Assembly: GCA_030704615.1 (NCBI GenBank)
Contig: CM060732.1
Span: 35,836,001 to 35,900,000, forward strand
Reading direction: 5' to 3'
DNA: 64,000 nucleotides
Source: Takakia lepidozioides
Taxonomy: Eukaryota; Plantae; Bryophyta
Positions within the stretch are counted from its first letter, which is position 1; every line of letters starts with the position of its first letter. The notes under the pieces were generated by a model, which made no database searches, had not been told where the DNA came from, and saw nothing but the letters and a program-made list of their open reading frames with translations. The position numbers and the translations under genes are program-made. Positions 50,501 through 63,412 of this stretch are shown piece by piece.

Positions 50501-52960
50501 CCCTGCAAAAACTCAAGAAGCAGTTAGCATATTGGGGTTCCTGTCACCTGTCCATCACTGGTAGGGCATCGGTTGCTAACCAAATCCTCTTTGCGGGATT
50601 GTGGTACTTTGCCTCCACATGGAAACCCCACTCTGTTACAATTCTAGAGGCAAAATGAAGTATCAGAAACTACATTTGGGGGGCTGCCTCTTCGGAGTTC
50701 AACAAGAGACCTCAAGTCTTTTGGCAACAGATATGCCTACAAAAGAAATTGGGAGGGCTGGGGATCCTAGATCCGGATACACAGATAAAAGCAATGTTGG
50801 GTAAGTGATTGCCAAGATACCTAGGTCCAGGGGGAGGATGGTGGAAGCTCATGATAGCACCCTCCATCTCTGCCAGCTCCCCCCTGCTCACTGTGCGTCT
50901 TGGGCTCCCTCCAGTCGTTGGATTGGGTTTTAATCATAAGAGTCTAGAGTCCCCTCTTTGGTCTTCAATCGGGAGCGCTTGGAAATCTATCAGGCCCTTT
51001 CTGAGAAAACAGGAGCCTTCCACCTTTCATGGATGCTTGAGGCAACACCTCTTCTTCAATAGTCCGAATCCTTCTCTGGAAGAGAAAAGCATGGCTAAAA
51101 AATGGGCTGCATGGGAAATTTGCGGGGTCTCCACAATCAAGCACCTCTGGGAAAAGCACTCCTCAAACCCTCCAAGCAGCCCTGGGAGCCCGCCGTCTTA
51201 GATCAAGCATCTCTCATATCATTTCTTCTATTCCAGATCCTTGGAAGCTATTGCTTAAAGAAGGTCCTCCCCAGTTTATGACTGGTCAATGGGTCCTCAT
51301 TGCCTCCCTGACACCCTCATTCCTCTATCTCACTAAAATATCTAGGCACTTTCTCGCAGGATACATTTTCCGACACGATGATTTTTCGGGATCTCTTACG
51401 CTCATTTCCCAGCAGGTGGACTCTTACCCGCCGGGCTTGGCCATCCCTGCTAGGGTCTACCAGTGGTCTGCCAAAACAAAGGGATTTACCCATTCTGTCC
51501 TGGCTTCAGCAGAACCACATAGGGGGGTCCGACATCTCTTCCCTGCAAGTGGATCCACAAGAGTGGAAATGGGCCTTCGGGGATAAACTCCTACCTTTCT
51601 TCTCTTACACGGCCAAAAGAGGTTATAGAGCCCAACTCAATGCCACTCCTCTGCTCGCAAAATGGAATGAGAGATGGGCTCTTGAAAATTTTACAGAAGA
51701 AAACCTGCGATGTGATCTGGTCTTAGGTATGGGATAAGGCCAAACCGGCAAAGATAAGCGCCTTTTTTTGGCAGATTGCCAACAGAGTCGTAAAAGTGGG
51801 TCAGTACTTAAATTTCAGGGAGGCCCTACTCTGCCAATGTTGCTTCATTGGAACCATAGAATCAAGTGAGCACTGTCTCCTTTACTGCTCGGGCCCTCAG
51901 GCCATCTGGCCGTTGGTGAGAGATTTCTACAGATCATGGAGTCTAATGCCCTCTACCTCATTGGTCATCCTTCTAAACTATGATCAATAGAGCAAAAACA
52001 AAGCGTTTGATTGTCCAGTATTTGAAACATTGAGAAGCTCCACTCTATGGAATCTCTGGAAAGGAAGATGTGACTGGACAGTCAATATATGAGAATACCT
52101 CTCCTACTGCTCTCCTCACCATGGTCTTTTTTATCTTACAGCGGCAGCTAAAAAAGCATGGGCGTCCCTGTGTGCAGAGCTCGCCAAGAAACCCGAGCGC
52201 AAGCCATGACTTCTCCATACCTTCCGAGCAACCTGGGGGAAGTGTGGGATCCTTTGTCGCTGCACTAGTGATCTCTCCTGCATATGAGCAGACGGAATTC
52301 CACAGTGTTGGCAGGGGCACAAATCTAGGCTCTTCGGCCTCCCCTGAGTTTGACAAATCTGACATTAATTGGAGGCACATCAGGCCTTCCTCAGGAACTA
52401 GACTCCATTTTCATAGATAGATTCCCTTCAGCTTCTTCTTCTCCTTCTTTTTAAGCATTGCTGATCCTTGCCCCTGCTTCTTCTTCGCTCCCCCACCCCT
52501 GCCTTTCTCTCCCCTCTGTTTCAGTCCTTCCGTTCACCCCTAGTTTTACTATCAAAACCCCCTAGGGCTAGTTCGCCGTTATGGCCTTCAGATTTGTTAC
52601 GCTTCGAAGTCCTCATGAATCCAGCAGTCAACAGGATTGCAGTTATTTGTCGAAGTGTTCCCACTTCCTCGGTGTTCTTCGTTATCATGGGGGTTTTCTC
52701 CCACCCTTACCTGGGATAGGTATTTCTTGCTACAGTTCTACTGATATCCGGCATGGTTATCCATGCGGCATGCCTTATGGCAGCCTGCGGGGACACAAGG
52801 GTTTTTATTTTTTTCCCTTCAATAACTTCAATAAAGCTTTCAGGGCCACAGTACCAGTAATTGATAGCATCATCCTTGATATTCCATATTTTTGTGTATA
52901 CGCGGCGCAATATAAATATGGATAGTTATCGTATGTCCTTATCATCTTTAGCACCTACTT
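47600..52960 (+). mobile_element. Degenerate L1-clade LINE (ORF1 remnant, ORF2 lacking APE)
   Basis: Knuckle-like CTVCKSPKH near 49050, then SKYFFQK, KAPGIDG, ITLLNVAYKI, LDFEKAFD, RQGCPLAP, FVDD, GGLGI and a terminal CQCC..ESSEHCLLYC. Many stops and frameshifts. Ends are approximate. Confidence 0.88.
49966..50016. repeat. 22-bp tandem duplication in the L1 RT
   Basis: TCCTTCTACCACTGGGTTCAGA x2 plus a partial copy; it shifts the frame. Confidence 0.9.
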
Positions 52961-53583
52961 TACATAGGGAAAAAAGGAGAGAGAAGGTTTTGAGATTCGT
53001 CAAGTCACAAGAGTAAGAAGTTTTGAAATGGGAAAGTTGCACACAAGTTTGTGGGTGCTGCTTTTGGCAGCGGTGGTGCATCGCGTTGCACTTAAGGATG
53101 TTGAGTATGTGACTATTGATGCTTCAAGTATAGATTTGGTCAATAAACATGCGCCACAGTCTTATGGATTTCAAGTAGACGTCTCCTTAACCCTGCTCCA
53201 TCGGACCCATGTCCCAAACTCATTGAGAAAAAAAAGATTCCATGTATGGTGCCGAAGAAGTAGGTTGAGATTGAAGATTAGATCAAGATATGATTAATCC
53301 AGCATGCTTGAAGGAAGAGATCAAAAAATGAACATACTACCCATCCACTGCAATCAGTAAGGTGAAGGTTGCCTTAGTATCTTTTGTAAAAGCTCAACCG
53401 CTTGTATGAATAATGTTTGAATTAGCAGATATGTTAATGTAGGTGATTTTCTTACATGAATCAGAACTGCCATAGGCTGATCTGATCTATTATTGATCCC
53501 AAATAATGTAAGATGTAAGTAGTTTGTTGGTTATCTTATGTAGATAACCCATCCACTAGACATCCGACTTTGTGTATGACTTC

Positions 53584-53585
<2 letters not shown>

Positions 53586-53641
<56 letters not shown>
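53586..53641. repeat. (AT)n microsatellite
   Basis: About 28 AT units. A shorter run lies at about 55566-55591. Confidence 0.97.
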
Positions 53642-53644
<3 letters not shown>

Positions 53645-54099
53645 GGATTTCATGAATGTATACATTTGTTTGAAAGGTATGCAACTTAATTATACAGTTA
53701 TCAATGATGATTTAGATAATTGATAGATATGTCAAGAATTCCATGAACTTTCATCATTCAAGTGCATAAATATGGGTAAAATGTACACATTTGCATTTGT
53801 AAATCTGCAACTTCACCAATAAGAAGTGGATCCCCACTCATGTCTTTATTAGGTTGTGTATGGTTAAGTTTTAAGGTTTTTATGGTACATTAGGTGCATC
53901 TATGGCAATGCAGTTGAAATCACTTGTCATGTGCTTAATCATGGATAACTATAATTTTTTTAAGTTATTTATAGTTTAAATTAATTGTATTATAATTAAC
54001 TAGCTAGAATAATCTTGAGCTATTTTTTTGCTAAGTGAGGCTCATCTTCTTCTAGTGACAATGAACAGATTATATTCCACACCAAAGGCCTAAGCAAAT

Positions 54100-54560
54100 A
54101 TCTCAAGATATGTACCAAAACAATGTAGTATGTAATTGTACAAGGATCATGAAGCTAATAAGGCAAGAGGTTGCCTTATTACTATAGGTCACTCAATTAG
54201 ATAGAGATTATGTATAGATGAAATTTATAGGAACTGAAAAATTTGAACAATTCTGATTGACATAAATTTCACTTTGGATGAGCATAATATGCTTTAATAT
54301 CGCTTTAATATCGTTTTTTTGTAATTCCTTTGTAATGGTACTATCGACTTTTGTGAGATATGATGTACAATATGTAGCACTTGCGTAAGGACCTAAAATG
54401 AATTGCATCAAGTATTTGTTGCCACAAATGACCGACAATATTGCCGAATGCATTAGTACGCATGTCTTTTGGTTTGCGTTCCAAAAATACATTATGCTTT
54501 GTAAGTCTGCTTTTTAATGCAACTATGTATTTATCTATGTATATCATTAGTACGTATTTA
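54100..54560 (-). mobile_element. Helitron Rep/helicase remnant
   Basis: FLERKPKDMRTNAF..HLW and MQFILGPYASATYCTSYLTKVD resemble the end of the Helitron Rep domain (D.Q..LDPY....Y..SY.TK). Confidence 0.6.
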
Positions 54561-55867
54561 TCATTGGTACCCCATTGCCATATTTTGTGCTCACGACTCC
54601 ATTTTCCTATGCTCACGTGAGCTGTGCGCACATGTGTGCTCACGTTCTACCAACCCCCCATAGTCACTCCATCACCAAACGGATTTTGATTTGTATTTTG
54701 AAGACTTCATGTTGCGTAGGATAATTTTAACCCTCCAAAAGTAGCTCCAGGCTAAACATGACATTTTTTCCTCATTTTCAGTGAAAACTGAGCATTCCTA
54801 CCACACATTAGGAAACTCTGGAAGAAACACTCAGAAAAAATAAAAATAAAACCTTTAAAATTGGTTGCTCAAAGCATAAAATCCATGGGTTTTTTAAAAG
54901 AAAATCTCAACCAAAATAACAGAATCTCTCAAATTTCAGGGTGAAATGGGCTCAATTTTGGTGAGTGAACGCCAGATAGGCTGTAGCCACCAACATGTAT
55001 GGTTGATTTTGTACTGAAGCAGATGGCTCGGTGATTGGGAGTTTGTACATTGCCTATGTGTAAACTAGGTGATCTAGGGTTCAAAGTGTCCACTTTCCAA
55101 AGCAATAGTTGCGAGTAGTCCCTTCATACGAAGAGACACCATAAATTATACTTCCTTCGGAAAGCGTCGCCTTTTTTCTTTATGGTTCTTTTTTGTGGAT
55201 GAATGTGGATACAATGGATGGAAGATACAATGGATTGCTATGCCCCAGTGTCACAAAGCCATCAGCCCACGTTATTGATTTCACTCTGCTGCAATAGTTC
55301 AGAGAATATGGTGATATGTAATGTTATATATACATATATATGCTTGCTTCTTTGCAAGCTTCCCCGCTAACTAATTGTCCAACACACGCCCGCTTTGTTC
55401 GTTTTTCAGACAAAGGTGCTTGTAGCGCCCCCCAAGCTCGGAAGAGTTGAAGACAGAAAGGAGCAAAAATTATATATATTTTTATTTTGATTCTACATAC
55501 TTGCTTAACTACGGAGAGGTTGGTGGGTAGCTTCAGTTACTAGACATTGGTAATATAATTATAATTATATATATATATATATATATATATAATGCTTGAA
55601 GTTGTCTGAAGTTACAACATAAGATGACGCCTACCGGAGGAAGCGTAAATTATGTTGTCTCTTGACTCCAAAGGATTATTGCCTTCCGGCAGGAAGGTGC
55701 ACACCTTTATCCACCAAGCCCACAATCACTTCCCGAGTGGTATATGCCCATTAGGCAACAACTTGGTTGTTAAGTTGTCATCATGTCAAGTTGTGTGGGA
55801 TAAACAACCATGTTGTAGCTTTATGGTGATGGCACATACCACCTCGGAAGTGGTTGAGGGTTTAATC

Positions 55868-56792
55868 CAGTGTTAGCCGGTTATAAGAATTTTACATATC
55901 TGCGGGTTAAGGTTACTTCAATATTTTTGGGATGGACACACTCCATGGTTATGTATAAGGATAAATTTTTATTTTAGTATATCCACCTGTTATCTATTCT
56001 ACAAAATTCTTCAAATTTAGACGGTTATGAATAGGACGGTTAGAGGTGTCCTATAATTGGCGAATATATATGCAATTGGTGTTACATATAATATATTGAA
56101 TGGGCACTTGTATTTCTCAATGATTTTCTTTAAAAATAATCAATTCACACATGACATCCCTAGTGGCTCCAAGGTGCAACAGCTTGGCCATGAGCTATGT
56201 CACAAGGAAACCCTATGTCGCCACCTCAGTGGCAAGGAGTCTGGAACTGAACTAATCGGGTGCGCCGTTAGTAACTTCAAACTTCAAACTTCAAACTTAG
56301 TAACTTCAAACTTCCCCAATGCCCATGGCATTAACGCTACCTCCCTCCTCTGCGTACATCTATGAAAAATAGATTCAAAGCAAACAGTGTGTGGAAAATT
56401 TGAAGCAAAACGATCTGTTCATAGTTCATAAACCTGAAGCCTAACTAGACATCGTATTCATGCTCTAGATGCTGATGTAGCTTGCTGATTCATTGAATGC
56501 CTTCAATGGAGAGACGGTGCTAGAAATGCAGCTGCGTTGTGTGAGCAGGAACATGTCTTATACACAATTGTAACCGCTCTAGGGGTCAAAACGCCTTACT
56601 AATACGGGTTACAGTGATATAGTGCTAACTTTAATATAGGGTACATATACATATACATACTCACCTCCCAACTGTCGGTTATCTATTTGCTCTATTTTGC
56701 AAAAATTCCATGTATGCGGTTATGTATACCTACTAACCGGGGTGGTAACCGACTCACTAACCGGGGTAGAGTGCTCTACCCGGCCAACACTG
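55868..56792. mobile_element. Non-autonomous hAT element
   Basis: TIRs CAGTGTTAGCCGG and CCGGCCAACACTG (12/13). Perfect 8-bp TSD GTTTAATC at 55860-67 and 56793-800. Subterminal GGTTA/TAACC motifs. Confidence 0.9.
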
Positions 56793-58049
56793 GTTTAATC
56801 CACCATTGGTGTCACAAAGGTCCCCACCTTCCCACCATAAAGCAATAGCCCTTCGTGGTCAAGAGACACCATAATTTGGGCTTTGAATGCGTCATACTTA
56901 CCTTTTTTTTTTTGGGTGCGGGGTACATGGAACCCATCTGCCTGCCCACTCTAAGAGCATCCATTCATGTGGGAGGAGCTCGGACCACAAATTTAGGAAT
57001 TCGCCGGGTCTGCTCGACTCTTTCAACAATCATGTGGAGCCCTGCGGCCAAGTGGTAATTTTGGACCTTAGTGTGATATGGTGCAAGAGACCACCAGGTA
57101 ACCGACGTATGAATGTCAACATATGTATCAAACTCTGCCTGTAGCAGGTTATGGTGGGCATGCAACCGGCACATGCAGGTCAGAACTCAATGCAACCATT
57201 TTGATGGGCAGGGTACATGGAAGACTGCTCTAAGTGGGTCAATGCTCCGAGGCACATTTTGCCAATTATTCACGAAACTTAATTTTTTTTAAAGCTTTAC
57301 ACAACGGACCAAGACCACAAAGTTAGGAATGACATGGCATCTAAGTGGTGTTGATTACAACAGGAGATTGTTGGTTAAGGGACCAAGAAAGGAACCCATG
57401 TAGTTTGGAGGACCAATTCTTGGACCAGCCTGGACCAAGTATGGAAACATTAACCTATAGTTTTCTCAAATGACCTTTGGTAGAATCAATCTGGAATGTT
57501 GAGTGGGAATGATACACCTTACTTTAAGTTTCTTGGTCTTGGTCCCAAGGCCTTTAAACACACCCATTTTGGTCCCTACTAGGATATTAATATTTTAATA
57601 TGCATCTATGAACCAATATCTGAACCATTTGAAGCAAATTGGTCCACAAGCTTATGGTCTTGGTCCATAGTCTAAAATGGCCCTAAGAGGCTTTCAAAAT
57701 CACACTTAGAGATGAAATGCTTACATATAGCTTGAAAACCAGAGTCTAATATTTGAAAGAGTTTGAATGATGAACCCATGTTAAATATAATTAAAGTATA
57801 GTTGATAGATTTAACTGATATCAATATATGAATCAAGACATTTATTTATTTATTTTTTGTTTTGTAGATTTGAGATGTCCCAAACCGCGGGGGCGAGCCT
57901 TGGTGCTTGGTACCGTTGGAAGGCCCTCGATGAGGAGGGGTGCACCGACTTGGTCTCAAGATTTATGGACCTGTGGTGTGGGAGATGTTGAATTTCGAGT
58001 ATTTTTGGTCGCTGGAAATACCCAAAAAAAAGGAAAGTGGGCATTCCTG

Positions 58050-58762
58050 TGTCGCGGCCCTTTGCCTTGAGGGCAGGGGGTCGGGACACATGAGGGGCTG
58101 CCCCTGTGGTGGGGGCAGCGGCAGCGATAGGTATGGGGGGCTGAAGCACCCTTGAGTGCCCAAGGCACTCAAGGAGGCGGAGGCACTCACTAGGTAGAGC
58201 CCCGCACACCGGGTTGCGGTGGGGGTGGCTCCACAAGGGGTGGTGGTAGCTTAGCGGGACTTAGTGGGGGTGGCATAGGACTCACCATGGGGGCGGAGAC
58301 CTCGTGGTGGGAGTCGTGGGGAGTCTTGGGACTCATCACGGTCCATAGGGGCCGTGGTGAGTGGGCCAAGACTCACCGCGAGTCGAGGGTTTTCGTGGTG
58401 GTTCGCCATAAAATGGCATGGCTGGTTGTGAAACCCCCGCGGACAGCTACAGAAGTATATATAAGGGGAGTAGTGACCCTGAGAACGGTGCAAGCCCGTT
58501 GGTGACCAAAAACTAGTGAGTAAGCGAGCGAGCCGGAAAGCGACCACAGAGTGGGGAGCTGTTCCGGACTGCCATCTACCAAAGGGAATTCCACCATGCC
58601 CAAATAGGTGGAGGGTTTAGTGGGAAGCGAAGGGGGACCGTTCCGTCCCGGTGAGCAGCCGAAGCTCCAAGTTGGCCCGGAGCCAGGTTGGGAGTCAGGC
58701 GCGCGCATCAAAGCGAGTAACTATGACTTGAAGGGGAGCTTACCGAATTGAGGTGCGCGACA
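58050..58762 (+). repeat. 5' LTR of the chromovirus
   Basis: Inverted termini TGTCGCG...CGCGACA, TATA-like TATATATAAG at about 58456, followed by PBS TGGTATCAGAGC at 58765-58776. Confidence 0.85.
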
Positions 58763-61700
58763 CTTGGTATCAGAGCTTAGAGTTCAGTACGCGATCGTCC
58801 TTGGGATTGGCCTCATCATGGGGTCGGGCAAGCCAAAGCGAAAGCGGAACGGCCCAAAAGATGATGATCCTAGTGAGCCCGATGGGGGCGACGTGTCACC
58901 GAAGCGGCCGTTTGAGGAAGCGACGCAGGTTTCTGAAAACGAGGTCGCTCAAGAGCAGGAGGAATCCGAGGAGTCGGAGCCCGAGGAATCCCAGAGAGCT
59001 CCGACGGACCAACAGATGCCTCCCATGCCGGCAGCTTTTTGGGAAGGGTTGTTGGCGCAGTTTGGCGGGACGTTGAAAGACGTGTTGAAGGCGGCTAATG
59101 CCACTGCCGCTAAGGCAAAGTTTAAAGTGAAGCCTAAGGAACCCGGCACCTTCGAGGGTGTCCGAAATCGGAAGGCACTCAACACCTGGCTCTTGGAGCT
59201 AGAGCAGTACCTTCGGGTGGCCAAGTTGAGTGACGAGGATCGGGTGGAAGTGGCTCCCACCTATTTGAGGGGCTATGCTCAACAATGGTGGCAGAAACGC
59301 CTTCACGACCGAGGTCCAAGTCCGGAAACCTTGAACTGGAGTGGGTTCAAGGAATTGATGAAGCGACAGTTTGTGCCCCTCAACGCGTCCTGGCTTGCCC
59401 GGGACAAGATGAGGAATTTGAAGCAAACAGATGACATTCGGGGATATGTCCAGGCTTTCAATGTGCTGTTGCTCGAAGTCGCGGATATGGCGGAACCAGA
59501 AATGGTCTTCAACTTTGTGGCGGGGTTGGCCCCATGGGCCAGGCGGAAGTTGGAGGAGAAGCCACCTAAGACCTTGAACGAGGCAATTGAGAGGGCTGAA
59601 TGTTTCTCAGATGTCCCTAGGGGTGAAAGACAAGGCCGTACGGAGCTGAACCACAAGAAGACCCGGCGGGAAAGTGACTCTTTCCGACCGGAAAAGAAGT
59701 GGGATAGGCCACGCGGCGATATTGGCACGTGGAAATCGAAGGGAGGGCCTTCACACGTCAAGGCGGCACCCAGTGCTTTGAAAGGAAAAGCGGGTGGAGC
59801 GGCTTATGGCGGACAGAAGGCGACCTTTGATGGAGTGTGTTTCAATTGCGGAGAGCCTGGGCACATGGCCAAGAAGTGCACGAAACCCCGACAATTGAAC
59901 ATGACTCGGGCAACCACGGAGCTGTCGGAAGATACCATCAGTCGCTTGGTGGAAGCGGTGGTCGCCAGGACTTGCAAGGTAGGCAAATATTCTTGTGAGT
60001 TGTATCAGGAAACTGGCGCATTGCGTAAAGAGAGTCACTTATTGTTCGTGGATGGGATAATATCCGGAACTAACGTGTCATTGTTGGTGGACACAGGAGC
60101 GTCGCACTCCTTCATGACACCGGCAACGGCACAAAAGCTGGGACTCCCGACAACTGACGTAGAGGCCTCTATTGAGGTGCGTTCTGCCAAAGGAGAACCG
60201 CAATTGGCGACGAGGTTGGCGTTCGATGTTCCTCTTCAACTGGGGAGTTGGGAGGGACGTGAGAACTTCACCGTCTACGAGATCGATGGAGTGGATCTCA
60301 TTTTGGGGATGACCTTTTTGAGCAAATCCGGAGCGGTCATAGATGGCCGCAAGAGGGTAGTCACGCTGCCATGTTGGAATGGTGGCGAGGTCTTATGAGT
60401 TTCGGAAACGCCCAAGCCCGTGGGAGGGCGAATAAACCTTCTGTCAGCAAGGGAGTGGGCCGTGGAGGAGGCACACGAACCCCAGTTTTTGCTCTACATT
60501 AGAGAAGTGAAGGGAGAAGGCGATGGAGAGCCGAGCCCAGATTGGATCAAGGGGATTTTGGAGAAATACCATGATGTGATGCCGGAGGATTTGCCAAGCG
60601 GCTTGCCACCGCGAAGAGGAGTTGACCACAAGATTGAGGTGATACCGGGATCGGAACCGCCTGCCAAGGCGCCCTACCGGTTGAGCCACAGAGAGTTCGT
60701 CGAGCTGAAGACTCAGCTCAAGGATCTAATGTCAAAGGGGTACATCCGGCCGAGTAAGTCACCCTACGGAGCCCCGGTGCTAGTTGCAGACAAGAAGGAT
60801 GGGATGCTGTGGATGTGTGTCGATTACAGGGCTCTGAATAAGGTCACTATCAAAAACTGGTACCCTTTGCCAAGGATCGACAACCTCTTCGATCGGTTGG
60901 CAGGAGCGAAGTATTTCAGCCGGATCGACTTGCGCTCCGGCTATCATCAAATTCGGGTGGCGGAAGGAGATGAGGAGAAGACCGCATGCAGGACAAGGTA
61001 TGGTTCATATGAGTTCTTGGTAATGCCTTTTGGGCTCACCAATGCACCAGCAACATTTAGCACGCCGATGAACAGCCTTTTCCAGGAGTGGTTGGATGAC
61101 TTTGTGATCGTGTACATCGACGACATCTTGGTGTATTCGAAAACAAAGGAGGAGCACCTGGAGCACCTCAAAAGGGTGTTCCAGAAATTGCGAGAAGGGA
61201 AGCTGTATGCCAAAGCTTCAAAGTGCGAATTCGGGGTCACAAAAGTGGAGTTCCTGGGGCATGTGATTACACAGGATGGGATCAGAATGGATGACAGGAA
61301 GGTGAGGGCAATTTTGGACTGGGAGCCTCCGACTTCGGTCCCGGGAGTGCGATCCTTCCTAGGACTCGCCTCCTATTACCGGAAGTATGTGAGAAATTTT
61401 GCCAAGATTGCGGGGCCACTATCAGACCTTCTGTGTAAATCTAAAGTCTGGGCATGGAACACCTTTTGCGGCCAAGCTTTTGCTGAATTGAAGCAGCGGA
61501 TGGCGGAAGCTCCAGTCTTGAAAATCCCGGAGTTCGATCGTCCGTTCGAGATACATGCAGATGCGTCAGACTTCGCGATTGGGGGTGTACTGATGCAAGA
61601 TGGACGTCCAGTGTCTTACGAAAGTAAGAAACTGAATGAAGTGGAGCGACGGTGGCCGATGCACGAGAAAGAGATGAAGGCGGTGGTGCACTATCTTGAG

Positions 61701-63412
61701 CTTTGGCGCCACTATGTTGGTTCCAACCCAATGAAGGTGTTCACGGACAATGTCATGGTGAAATATTTTGCCACGCAGCCCAAGTTGTCCCCAAAACAAC
61801 TTAGGTGGCAAGATACTTTGGCGGTGTTCGACGTGGATATCCAGTACAAACCGGGACGAGACAACGTGGTGGCCGATGCTCTAAGTAGAAAGCAGCAGCT
61901 CTTGTTGGTGTACAAGGGCGAGACGACGCTCCAAAGGAAGATCCGGAAGGCCTGCCGGAAGGATGAGCTGGCGAAGTCCGTGATGCAGGACTTGAGGATG
62001 GGGGTTAAATCGCAGTTCCACTTGCAAAATGGACTGCTCCGGTATAAGCAAAAGCGTCTCTACGTGCCGAAGGGAGGGATCAGAGATAGCCTCTTGAAAG
62101 AATGCCATGATAGCCCGCTTGCGGGCCACGGCGGAACCAAGCGCACTGCGGCACTCTTGAAGAAAGAGTATTTCTGGCCCAAACTGAGGGAGGAGGCAGA
62201 GGAGTATGTCAAGACATGCACCACATGCCAACAAAACCGGAGTGAGTACAAAAAGCAAGCGGGGCTGTTACAACCCTTGCCGATTCCAGAGGGGACTTGG
62301 AAAGCGTCTCGATGGATTTCATGACTGCTATGCCGCTGTCAAAAGGATTCGATGCAATCATGGTGGTGGTGGATAGGTTCAGTAAAATGGGCCATTTCAT
62401 CCCCACCAAGGAGACGGCAACGGCGCAAGAGACAGGGCGACTTTACTTCGCCCACGTCTTAAAGCATCATGGAGTCTCGAAGGATATTGTTTCGGACCGC
62501 GATCCAAAGTTTACGAGTAAATTTTGGAGGGCACTTTGGAAGAAGATGGGGACGAGGCTGAAGATGAGCACCGCCTTCCGACCTACGACCGACGGCCAAA
62601 CAGAAAGAGTGAATTCCGTAGTGAAGCAGATCTTGCGGAATTACGTGTCGGCAGACCAAACAGACTGGGTGGAACACTTAGACGCGGCAGAGTTCTGTTA
62701 TAATAACACAGAACACTCCGCAAGGGGAGTTTCCCCTTTCGTATTGGTCTATGGAAAAGCACCTCTGGTGCCGACAAGTTGGGCCGCCCAGGACGTTGAG
62801 GAACCGGCAGTAACGGCGGTACTGGAAGAACGCGAGCGTTTATTGAAGCTCGCAAAGTACAACATTGCCAAAGCTAGGAAACGGTATGAAAGGCAGGTGA
62901 ATCGGAAGCGGAGGGAAGTGAAGTTTGAGGCAGGCACGGAGGTCTGGTTGAACATCAAGAATTTCCGACTACCTCCGGAAGTGAGTCCAAAGTTCTTACC
63001 TCCGTATGCGGGACCCTTTCGCATTCGGAAGGTTATGAATGAGGATGTGTATGAATTGGAGCTGCCGACAAATAGCAAGGTGCACCTAGTATTCCATGTC
63101 TCCCTTTTGAAGCCTTACTTCAAAGATGAAGCGCGTCCGAATCGGCATCAAGTGTTGCGACCCCCACCTATGCTGTTGGATCATGAAAATGAACCTGAGT
63201 ACAAGGTGGAGGCAATACTGAAGTCGAGGAGGATCAAGAATCGAGAAACGGAGTATCTCGTCAAATGGAAGGGCTATCATCATATGGAGGCATCTTGGGT
63301 GCGTGCCTCAGAAATGGGAAACGCATCCGAGGCGGTTGCAGCTTTCGAAGGGCGACCTCAAAAGCGGAAGAAGCGTTGATGGGGACATCAACCTTGGAGC
63401 GTGGGGGAGGAA
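58050..63412 (+). mobile_element. Ty3/gypsy chromovirus, nearly intact gag-pol (58818-63379)
   Basis: Gag with CFNCGEPGHMAKKC, PR LVDTGASHSF, RT YIDD, RNase [22 protein letters not shown] and chromodomain YKVEAIL..EYLVKWKGY..SW. Only one in-frame TGA (60396) and one 1-nt deletion (about 62300). PPT-like GGGGGAGGAA at about 63403-63412. Confidence 0.96.
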
